From contig NC_047019.1 of the NCBI RefSeq assembly GCF_902652985.1, positions 11,780,001 to 11,844,000 of the forward strand: 64,000 bases of DNA, in the 5' to 3' direction. Position 1 is the stretch's first letter, and each line of letters starts with the position of its first letter. This DNA comes from Pecten maximus. Taxonomy: Eukaryota. The translations under genes and the position numbers were made by a program. Of this stretch, positions 39,311-50,802 are shown piece by piece. The notes beneath the pieces are model-generated. The model worked only from the letters and a program-made list of their open reading frames with translations, was not told the origin of the DNA and did not search any database.

Positions 39311-40141
39311 GGTCCGTTATATGGCAAGATTGCATTCGAAACATCTGCTTTGAGATAAAATAAAGATATATTTATAATCACAAAGCGAAAGAACGACGCA
39401 AGTTTCATTTCCTTATATAATAATACTATATTTCAAAAGGTTCATTTCATTGGGATTTACGCTAATTATATCATGTAACTGCAACACAAGGAACAGATCA
39501 GATCTGCATCAATCAAAAGCTTGATATTGTTTCTCGGGGTAATATCCATAAGACACGACGCCTAATCAGTTAATCGCAGTATCCAGTCTACTACACGTGT
39601 GTATGTGTGTGTTTGGGGGTGGAGTGTACATGTAGACGTATTTCCAGTATGTGGAGGAAAGAGTGAGGCATTTACAGTTAGGCATATTAGTATGATGTTG
39701 AAAAATCACTAAGGTTGATTTTCTTCTTGCAAAATTCAGTATATCATTCGCTGTTATGTTTGTGTACTATTGAAAGATGTGTTGCTTAATTCACTATTTG
39801 TATGTTTTGAAATATAACTTACTGTATACCATATTTTGATATTTAAATCCTGTATTTCACTTTCATACTAAGTTAAAATATATCAAATAAACAGTAAAGG
39901 AAACTTAGAATAGTATTACATGAATAGGAGCATATCGCCCAATAGCATAACCCTCGCGATCTCAATTTTTAAATACTATCATACATTATTACTTACTGAA
40001 AGGCTTTTCATACAATCTTAACAATACGTGTACTGACAAAATAGCTCGATGATAAACCAATATCTGAAGAAACAGCTAGAACTATGATAATAATTTACTA
40101 CTCACCTGTCTGGCATGTTGATGGTAGGATAACAGATGTGT

Positions 40142-40297
40142 GGAAATCCGTTAAGTTTAACTTTCGTTTTGTTACTTTCGTTTTCATACTTTCGCTTTAA
40201 CATATTGCGATTTGTTTTTCCCAAAATGATATTATAATACAAAGTGAAAGTAGAATATGAAGAAATGTTTCTTAAAAATCTGCAACAAAGTGAAAGT
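40142..40297 (-). promoter_or_regulatory. ISRE/IRF motif array plus kappaB-like site upstream of gene 2
   Basis: The minus strand reads AAAGCGAAAGT-AT-GAAAACGAAAGT-AAC-AAAACGAAAGTT (40159-40198). AAAGTGAAAGT occurs at 40241 and 40287, and GGAAATCC at 40142. A minus-strand donor (gtgagt) near 40100 suggests a short 5'UTR exon. Further motifs lie at 39382-39411, near the ATG exon. Confidence 0.7.
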
Positions 40298-41494
40298 AGA
40301 CGTAAAAACCCATATGAATGTTTGTTATTTATCAATCGACACATCACGGTTGAAACTTTGGGACAAGGTTTAAGTTCATGTTTTATCATCTAATACCAAC
40401 ATGAGATTGCAGCTATATCTTGCTACTTGACAGGTGAGTGCTTGATTGGTATACTAACTATTGTTAAAGCAAAGCTATTTGTTGCTTTTCGTTTAAAATG
40501 GGTGATTGTTTTATCACTTTACCGCGAAGAAACACTTAAAATGTATATCACAGCAGTTTTTAAACTACCAGCCCTGAACTTCTGTTTTAGCTTAGTTCGC
40601 CTTGTGTATGTTTATTCGATGTCCAAGGGAATGCTTCCATTAACACGATTGTCATGACAAATGCCGACCACTGGTGGAAAAAATAACAACACACAATCTA
40701 GAAAGATACATTGTAGGTTGATGAATACTACAGGAAATTTTTTATTGTCTACATCTGGTCTTTCCTAGTTCTCATTTCAGAACAGCCAAATAATTTTTAG
40801 TTTGTTTACCCTCGTCTTATTGGTGTTTCGTTTGAATTATTGTTTCGCTTTCGTGTTGGTATTTGTTGTTGTATTGAGAGTGTGACCAGATTAACCTATA
40901 TTTTAATGCTGAGGTCTTCATGCAAACCTACATTGTATATATTTGTTTGTATTTTGCCCTTGTTTTATTAATTTCGAATTTTAATTTCGGTTTCATTATT
41001 TTGTCGGATTTGTCTGTTTTGTTTTCGCGAAAACTTTAAGATGTATAGACAGCAAAATTCTTGGTCAAGTAATGTCTCTGACGAGACGTAGTAGAACTAT
41101 TTATAACGGTATTATATATATTGATGGTGCTATGTACACATGTATGTTTGTGATCCTTTCATCATAACACTCATATTAAAATGATATTGGAAACAGTGCT
41201 GTTATTGACAAACAGCATATCTGAGACTGTTAAATCAATCATAATTGCTTTACCTAGTTTTCTTTCAGCTACGCTTTCAAAGAAACCAAGAAAAACGACG
41301 CTCTGATTTAATCTAATTCAATTTATTGCATAATATACACAAAGTGACGAAAGTGTTAAAAACAAAATGTACATAAAGGGCTACTTCATTTTGTAAAAAT
41401 ATACAAATGCAAATGATTTTAGTGTTATCTTACTTCAACGCTTAAATGTCACCTCAATCCTGTGCAATACTGATATAATTCTCTCTTCTAAAAC

Positions 41495-44400
41495 TTAGAC
41501 ATCTTGACTTGATTTTGATTTCTTGTAGAACAGTAGGTAGGCGAACGGTGAACAAGGCCACTCCTCATTGACCTCTAACCTTCTGACGTAAGAGTCAGCA
41601 CAGAGGTGCCAAAGATAGTGATTATCCAGGTTCCATCCATTCTTTTTAACATAACACCAGTAATGTCCTCCCTCTAAGTTTCCCTCATGGCAGATAACTC
41701 CGTATAAATCGTAATCCACACATTGCCTGTCATATAGACCCTGTGTAATATTGAAAAAAATATCTTAATTTGCATAAAACACCTTATCACCATGATATAA
41801 TGATGTCGTCTGCTATTTTCTTCATTTTGTAAGAATCGTACAAACTGATATGCCCTTAGCCTGTCCCTTAATCTTGCTGATATATGATCTTGAATTATAA
41901 AAGCTGATTTGAACGGAAGGGATTAAAAAGTAAACATATTACATCTTCAAGACATTTTTTTTCAAAACAATTTTACTTGAAAATATTACATCTTCTGATT
42001 ATTTGTTTCAAAATATGCTATATCTTCAATGCTCTGCCTACCTGTCTACTGACTCTAAGGGAGAGATTGGACGGGTAATGTACACTTTCTTCGTATTTGT
42101 ACAGTTTGCCATATCCATCCTAAGAAATATAACAGTAATACAGACATTTCCAGTACAAATGTAAATACAATTTGTAAGAACAGTTATCTTTTGTAATAGA
42201 TTTGTTATTTAGTATATTCACTTTTGATACAATAGATATGATTTTGATACGCTGTTAACATTTTGTTATAAACCATATATAGATCAAGTCGTGACTTTGT
42301 GTTATGACACTTATTAAGCGAGTTTAAAGTCTTAAGAAAAGTCACATATCAAGTCACTTAACGAGTTCAAGACAGATGAATTTCGACTACAATTTGTAAT
42401 TATTACGCATTGATGACATGATCGTATCACAAGATAAATCATTTTAGTTATGTGATGAAGTTATACTGCTCATTTGATAGTGTTGACACATTGTCTACAT
42501 TATGTTATATGCTAAAAGAACCGGTGATTATTGATATAAGTTTTCAAAACACAATCAAGCCGATGACACGTGATATATATGATGTAAATACCTGTTTAAA
42601 TCTTGCCAACTGTAAAACTAGTATCTCCGGTGGGCTTTTTATTAAACACTGTTTATAAGTCTGCGTGTCTGTAAAATATGTACCAACTCATCAATATAAA
42701 ATAGAAAATGTATAAGCTCTTAAATGCCAATATTGTCATTCAGTTTCAGTGATAGCTTATGTCTCTTGCATCATTTAAAAAGAAAAATCTCATTTTTTAA
42801 GTATAATTTTTATAGATTAGATGTATGCTACTAAAACTGTACTATGCATGTTAACAGGTCTAGTGTCTAAACTCATTTTATCATATATGATACCAATTTT
42901 AATTGTTGTCATACTTTCTTATGTACTCTATGCTATTAAATGTTATTTGTTTAGAATTTTTAAAGGGACACAATATCAAAACAAAATTAAAACTAATTTG
43001 TACGTTCGATAATCTGATCGCCTCAGATACAAATGAATAAGGCATTTAGCGGCAAGGAACATTACCCTGGTATAGGAACGCGGATATATCAATTGATACA
43101 AATAATTTGAGATAAAAACATGTATTAACCTTTATGGTGCAAATTCTTATCCAAACATATCCTGCATGGTACTTCAGCGTCGTCAAATGTTACCATCGCA
43201 TCTAACCGCTCGAGACTGTCTTCAACTGAACGCTACCAAAGTGTATTAAGCAAATGTTAAAATTACATAATGTCCATTTTTATATATAAATATATATTTT
43301 TAGATATTTGAACTAAGTTTGAATAATTAGGATGAACTTACATTTTCACAACGAAATCTTATCCTCTATATTTTGTAGCTTATAACTGGTGAATTTTCAA
43401 CTGGTCATCAGTCAGCGGATATGATGTAACAACAACTGTATGTAATACAACTGAAGAATGTAGATGTGACTTACTTGATTGTCACCAACTGTTAGGAGCA
43501 GGGACCTGATACATTCAGGAGGGCTTTCCTCCACCTGTTAATTTTTGAAATTATATTTAAACAAAGGTTGTCTATCACCCTCCCCCATTTTAAGGTGTAA
43601 AATTGGTACTCAGTGGAGTCGATACTACACAGTCAGACAAAAATAATTTACATTTTGTTTTAATAATAATTTTTGTTTTAAGCAAATAGTGTTGACTGTA
43701 CCATGTTGTTTTTCTATAACAAAAACACACAAAGAACAACGTCTACTGTTAATGTATCTGCATGAAGAGCACATCAAGAGTATTGAACAACTTTACCAAT
43801 ATTTTATCATACAATGATAAGATATCAAACACAACGAAATTATGAATAAAAAACAGTTAAACACGCATTCTTAAATTCAAAGATACTAACGTGGTCACAA
43901 GTCGAATATCTTAATATGCTTCGTGCATGCCCATCAAACAGCGATGTAGACCCTATAACAGTCAACACAACGCTAATCAATACTTGCAGAAAACATTTAA
44001 TCTAAATAATAAATTACACGAAACAAAATCATGATTTTGTTTATATAAGCACCTGATAAATTACAAAAAGTACGATTAACATGTATAGTTCCTTTCTCAA
44101 AATACGCAACTACTGAACTGTAACTATGTTGTAATGATTTCAACATACTTCTAAATGCAGTTAAGAGGAAAGATATGATAGACGTCACTGACGTTGTGAT
44201 AGAATATCTCTCCCCCAGACTGCATTACTACCGATATAAATAATTCCAAAACTGTTCAGTAGTTATATTTTCATCTAAGAAATCCTTATTTGAAATGTTT
44301 CCGTATTGAATAAAGCTATGTTAAACGTTAACGTTAACGTACATATTTTTTTCCAATTTTCGTGTGAAATGAAGGTTAATTTTTTGGAAATGCTGCTTGC

Positions 44401-47400
44401 AAATCAGAATCATCAATGGGTAGATGTTCAAAGCACTCAAGAAACGTTGCCCAACATGATGCAAAAATGACGTCACAATAATAATTATTATTCACAGTCA
44501 TGTGAAAGCCAAACGTTATTGATATAGAAATATTTGAGTGACAACAACAACAACAAAAATAAATAAATAAAAAATATGATTAAATACACATTGTGCAAGT
44601 GTAGATATTACATTGTGTTTTGCATAAGGACTGCACTACCTAGGACACAGTCTCCATAGCTACTGTCACTAAACATTGGCGGAAAGTTAAAAAGAAAATG
44701 AGTATACTCATTCATTGTGCATGTACCTTTAATTTCTTCATCCAATACATTCATCAAACACAGATATAAAGAGTGGCAGTCGTTCTGGATTCCACTTTGG
44801 TAACACTCATCCCTACAAATATATATACATATATATAACGAATTGGCCCCAGTATAGTAAAATCCAAAACCAGTAAATCACTGTCATTCTATTTCTAGAT
44901 AAATACAACATAATATATGCATATACCTTTCTGACATAGACTTTTGTAGGTCGACAACAAGATTATACAAGTCTTCATCTGTATGGCCTCTACCGTACTT
45001 GGCATCATTGATCTCCACAAATAGTTTTATTAAAGTGTTTGCTACATGGTTATTCTGTAATGAGAGTAAATTTATACCAATCGCATTATATATTCGCGTT
45101 TTCACACTAATAGTCGCATGGAGCTTTCCTGATTGAAAATATTATGTGTTATCAACATGAGAGAGTGATAAGCCTACAAGTTATGAGATATAATATACAT
45201 GATATGATTTCATTTTTATGGTAATTACAATATCAGTAGTGGCAGAACGGTGTAGTAGTAGAACCAGTAAACGTTAACACTCAATTAACTGGCAAATATT
45301 GTTTTACTTCACATAATTTCAATTATTATTAAACTTACTGAATATTTAACCGTTATTTTTTCGTAAAATAGATATATTTTGTACGTTCAAGTTTAAAACG
45401 CATTTGTGTGAGGCATCCTACCTGATTGTTGGAGAGAAGCTTGTCGATGAAACCGGGTGTCTGTGCTAAAACCTAAAAGTCAGAAAGGTAACACATACCT
45501 TTATCAAACAAATATGACAGTATAAAAACTTATATCTGGTACATTTTCTAACGAAATTAACTAAATAGACAAGATGATATATTCATCGTGAACAGCCTAT
45601 ACGAACTTAAAATTATATTATAGTAATGATTTCAAAATAGTCAAAGAACAGAAGGCATATTGATTTCAATGTTTTTCTTATGATTCGTTATTACGGCATG
45701 ATTTATAAAAACGTACCTGAATGAGTGATGATAGGTAGCATGAGCTTGACTCTATATTTGGAAGGCCCTGTGAGAAAGTTAAGGAGGAAAACAAGGCATT
45801 CAAATCTTTATTAGAATTAATCAGGATTGATTAATTGGTTTAACAATGCAAAGGATACTCTTATGAGATCTCCATCGCTTTTGTCTGTATTGTCAACTTT
45901 CTTTTCATTGTTTGTGTGATCGAAAGATTCTCGTAATCCTGAAATAAGAGAACAAAACATGTTTAACTTTTGTTTCTTGAAACACACTATCAGTTTTATT
46001 AGTAACCTTATACACATTGTAACAATAAGTTACTGAAAATATTGGATCTGAGAATTTAACTGAATAACCTTGTTTGCGCCTTACAAACACAATTTACTGT
46101 ATATCATTCATTTCCGTTCGACTTGATTTAATCGCTTTGATGCATTGCCATACTTCATACCTTTGTCCTCTGAAGCAGTGTCATCATTTGGCAGTTTCAA
46201 CTGATGTGTAGTATTTCTAAGCTTGTCATCCTGTTATGATAATATGGATTTTTTTAAAATCTAATGTATGATGTTTTCTGGCAAATATCCAAAGCATTAA
46301 GAAAAAATAAGCAAGCGAATTAATTATGTTTCAATACAAGGGAAATGTGATTTTTGAATACATTGTTTGGTTTAAAATTAAAATCCTAATTAAGGATAAA
46401 TTATCTGAGCAAATATTTGAAAACAAAGTTCAAAATAACTTATCAATTTATCAAAATATTACCTTAAAATTTTAAAGGATAAAAAATATTTCTTTTTATT
46501 ACGGAGCAATTAACTAAGTATCGGTGTGTTTGTAGCGAACCTTCATATTATATACATATAAGTAAGCCTTCTGGAGTTATCTCCCATATGCTCTACTGAT
46601 CTGACAGCTGTGATATACATATACATATACATGCGATCCCCTCCCGTCCTTACGGGAAATATACTATTTTACCGATTTCTGGTCACAATCTTTATCCAAG
46701 GGTTGATGGCCTTCTCGTGGTGAAGATGGTGGTTTTAAGTCTGATTATGTACATGGACATGAAAAAATAAACACACAGAAATAAACATGCTATGTTCTAT
46801 ACACAAGTTAAACAAACGTGTTTAGCAGGCTCGTTTTTTCTTATATTTACTGAAATATGTTGCATCTGTTTATACATTCTAAGTGCCTTTCACTTGACTG
46901 TGAGTCTTTTGTAATATCCGTTTTTACTGATATTCTCATTTGATCTCTAACAGTTATTTGTGTCACTATTTACAATTTTGATTTCTTTCTTTTGAATAAT
47001 GTAATCACACAGTTTAAAATTAACCTCTTTGTTCTGTCTCCTTGTCGATATCTTTCATCTGTTTACGTTCCACTTCGTCCGCTTCAGACGAGTTCAATTC
47101 CTGTTTATACAGTTTAGATTAACTAATTGGATTAATTGATATTGAATATTTTGACATGGCAAGATATCATCTCATTTTTATTTTAATAAATATTTGGTTT
47201 TAATATATATCAAGGATATAACTGTAATAGAGTTGATCTGGGTATTAGCATATAATGATTTTGAATTAAGATACATAAACAAAGGATTAAAAAAATACAA
47301 ACCATACGTTAGATGTTGGAATCAAACTATATTTTTCTATTGTTTGACGGGAAGATGTTATGCATTAAATCAATGGATATATTACATACACTAGTATCTG

Positions 47401-48366
47401 ATACCTGTTTATACCCTTGATCATCATTGTGTTTTGACTGATCCTCCGTTTGATTTAATCCCTCTCTGAGCCTCTCCACTGGGTCTGTAAGTAAATGTAT
47501 ATAATTTGAAGCCAGATTAAAACAGGAAATTATAAATGAAACTTTTTTTTCATTTTGTTGGCATTACAAAATAGTCTTAAGTAGTAATGTACACAATAGT
47601 AAATTTATTATTCCTTTGGACTGGACAGCAGAAATTACCATCGCCCTGGGTTTTGCTTTTGCTATCGTCATCATGCACATGTTGTTTGTCATTACTGGTC
47701 CATTGTAGCTGTTGTTTGTCGTTACTGGTCCCTTGTAGCTGTTGTTTGTCGTTACTGGTCCCTTGTAGCTGTTGTTTGTCGTTACTGGTCCCTTGTAGCT
47801 GTTGTTTGTCGTTACTGGTCCCTTGTAGCTGTTGTTTGTCGTTACTGGTCCCTTGTAGCTGATGTTTGTCGTTACTGGTCCCTTGTAGCTGTTGTTTGTC
47901 GTTACTGGTCCATTGTAGCTGTTGTTTGTCGTTACTGGTCCCTTGGAGCTGTTGTTTGTCGTTACTAGTCCATTGTAGCTGTTGTTTGTCGTTAATTTCC
48001 CCAGGTATCTGTTGTTTAATAATGGCTTCTTTCGAATTCTGTTTCGGTGTTACTGATCCCTTTAAAACACAGGCACATGTATTTATATTGATACTATAGA
48101 AAATATGTTTAAGAAATAATACAAAGTCGATTTTTTGTTTTTCTTGTTTGTTTGTTTGGGTTTTTTTTCTCTTTTTTTCTGCAAGATAACAGGGAAATAA
48201 AGATTGTGGCCATTTAGGTTTATTTTTAATTAGAAACAGTGTAAGAAAACTAAATGAACAAATAAATTGACAAGCATATAACAAATAATTTACAATTTAA
48301 AAACTTGATATTGACAGTTTGTTTACGCTATGAATGATACAGTTTGCAATTTTGTATACTTACCAT
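41495..48366 (-). CDS. Gene 3: USP/peptidase C19 deubiquitinase with N-terminal QGTSNDKQQL tandem-repeat and hydrophilic region, ~580 aa (start codon uncertain)
   Basis: Phase-consistent exons: 47639-48059, 47405-47484, 47025-47100, 46673-46740, 46161-46230, 45859-45938, 45717-45767 (GLPNIESSSCYLSSLIQ), 45422-45472 (VLAQTPGF), 44927-45054, 44727-44812 (QNDCHSLY), 43891-43952, 43475-43534, 43130-43232 (CRIC), 42592-42668 (PPEILVLQLARF), 42042-42119, 41495-41740 (YDLYGVICHEGNLEGGHY...WHLCADSYV...AYLLFY). An in-frame ATG lies at 48364-48366; an alternative first exon (MDAIPQ) lies near 49710-49729. Confidence 0.8.
47680..47995 (-). repeat. Coding 30-bp minisatellite, ~10 copies of QGTSNDKQQL
   Basis: Plus-strand unit CCTTGTAGCTGTTGTTTGTCGTTACTGGTC, in frame within exon 47639-48059 of gene 3. 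Confidence 0.9.
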
Positions 48367-49095
48367 AATATTGAATGTACTGCCTCTTCCACGTATAGTA
48401 ATGTAGGTGTATATATATCGTTCATCTAAAATGAAATTGAATGTTTTGACACTTTCACCACTCGTCATTAAACTTTAAAAGATTATCAGCGAGAGTAGAC
48501 GAAAACGCTAGATTATATATATAGCGTGTCCATGTGTGTATGTTAATGTCACCCGAATGAGAGAGTGGAATGCATGAGCATCAAACAACCGTGAATGTGC
48601 ATGCATTTCGAGAATCATCTTAGGCGCATGCGCAGCCACATCTCCACACACGCCTCAACCCCATAGCATTTTCACTTGAAGCTAGGACAAGGAGCTGGAC
48701 AGTCGATCAGAGATTTCTGGAACCTTGTAGGGCAGTCTAATCAGTATACTGTTGTATAGATATAGGACTATAATAGTCTAATAAGACATAGTTTATATAA
48801 TAATTCTTATATAACGGTACCTTTATCTAGAAATAGTCTACAATTATCTTGTCCTATGGACTTTTTACTTCTTTATTGTAATTGTAACTTCTGATGACCA
48901 TAATAATTAGCACCAGGAACTAAACCCTTGATTTGATGTTTTGTGTCCCACCTAAGCGGTTACATTTATCTATTCATTTATTTTATTATCTATTATTTAT
49001 CTATTTGTTGTCATATCAACTTTATTGCTTCGACTTGTGTCGTTCGTGTGAGAAATGCGTATTTGTATGCTTGGCATAATTCTGTTGTCAACATA

Positions 49096-49318
49096 TTTGG
49101 TTTGTTTGTTTTTGTTTAACGTCCTATTAACAGCCAGGGTCATTTAAGGACGTGCCAGGTTTTGAAGGTGGAGGAAAGCCGGAGTACCCGGAGAAAAACC
49201 ACCGGCCTACGGTCAGTACCTGGCAACTGCCCCACGTAGGTTTCGAACTCGCAACCCAGAGGTGGAGGGCTAGTGATAAAGTGTCGGGACACCTTAACCA
49301 CTCGGCCACCGCGGCCCC
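49096..49318 (-). mobile_element. tRNA-derived SINE (V-domain-like), full length
   Basis: GGGGCCGCGGTGGCCGAGTGGTTAAG (A box), GAGTTCGAAACC (B box), TTTTTCTCCGGGTACTCCGGCTTTCCTCCACC and an AAAC tail. Near-TSD TTGTCAA(C/T)ATA. Confidence 0.9.
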
Positions 49319-49489
49319 TTGTCAATATAAAAGACTCCTCCAATGTATACATATTTATAGACTGATTATGCATGTAGTACATTTCTCACCTAGATTTTCA
49401 TGTAGTAATGCTAATATATACAAATATTACACGTCGTTACTGTACATGTAAGTTATCTGATGTAATTGTACAAAAAACGAACTTTAAAT

Positions 49490-50206
49490 GGGAAATTTCC
49501 AATTAACCGACTTACCAGGCTCCACTCATGTTTAAACTGTCATGATTCCAAAATCAATCTATAAAACACACTAGAGAATTATGTTTGTAATTCCATATAA
49601 ATGATTAAATATCCATTCCAAAATATGTATCTTTCAAGCTAGGAATAAAACTGTTATACACTACAGAAACGAAAGCGGAAGTAGACACTCAACAATGAGT
49701 GACGTATACCTGAGGTATTGCGTCCATATGTTGATAAAGCGAAAACGAAAGTAGAAATATCCAGTTTACTTATAGATCTGGCTCATCTAAAGCAGAAACG
49801 AAAGTGACAGTAGGAAATCCATAACTGAACGCTGGAGGACAACATTTGGTGTTGAGCCACCCTAGAATGTAATAGTTTATGTTTTCTTAACTGTACTTAC
49901 AAGCAAGATGATGTCATTTCAGGGTTGACACGCCAGTAAACAACAAGACGACGATGTAGTCGGACTTTAGAGCAATGTAAGTAATTATGATTTTTTTATC
50001 GTATCTTGTGATAAATACCAGATGTGTTAATCTATCAATTTATCTCATATTTGTGAACATTAGCATCGTATGCAAATTCTGTTTCTTTTAAACTGTTTTA
50101 GTGTAGAATATGCTTATATTATTATTTTGTTACTTTTTTCGGGTTTTTTTTTTTTTATTTGCCGTTGGATTATTGTGTGTTACCAGAAGAAAACGAAAAG
50201 CGAAAG
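49490..50206. promoter_or_regulatory. Candidate bidirectional promoter with ISRE/IRF and kappaB motifs between gene 3 and gene 4
   Basis: GGGAAATTTCC 49490-49500; GAAACGAAAGC 49666-49676; AAAGCGAAAACGAAAGT 49736-49752; GAAACGAAAGT 49795-49805; GGAAATCC 49813-49820; GAAAACGAAAAGCGAAAG 50189-50206. A minus-strand donor near 49709 and a plus-strand donor (gtaagt) at 49977 flank the core. Confidence 0.65.
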
Positions 50207-50802
50207 AAAAATGAAATATTAAAATAAAACAAATAAATAAATTAATATACCTCTATCTTTAATATCCATTCGCCGCATTAATTGCTATTGAAGTAACTGT
50301 GTTCGTTTTAAAACTGAACCTAGTAATAGTTAATGAAGAACTCAAAAAGGAAAATAGGAAAACCCATGTACTGAAGTATTTGAATTGCCTCAAATTAAAA
50401 AAAAAATCACTTTCTCTTCTATACTGTATTGGTATAACGGTCGGTTGGTATATAGGAAGGTAATCTGTGCTGCTTGGTTTGTTGTCCTGTAAATATATTA
50501 CACGGAGAAATGAAAATACCTTTCCAGAAATCATTCTGGTATAACAATCTTTGTATGTCATTTACCTGACTCGTACAATTCACCATTAATTAAAACACAT
50601 CAAGAGCACCGTACGATATTTTAATAAATTTGAAAGGAGGAGATTAATCCTACAAAAGTAAGATTTTGGCGGGTAGAAGCTGAAACTAATTACTCTGTTG
50701 TTTTCTACTTGCCTAAGGAAAAGTAAAGATATATCAGTTTTGAGGGAATAGGGATATTGAGCATGTGGGATCATTGGGCAATATGAACTTGATACGGTTT
50801 AG

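Noticed and set aside
47587-48099. Plus-strand Cys-rich ORFs (CSCCLSLLVP repeats) as a metallothionein- or keratin-associated-like gene
   Set aside because: They are the antisense shadow of the gene 3 coding repeat, are interrupted by a stop, and have no plus-strand gene structure.
49096-49318. tRNA gene (also 15370-15599) and overlapping ORFs
   Set aside because: A and B boxes are present but are followed by a SINE body, a simple-repeat tail and TSDs, and there are two dispersed copies.
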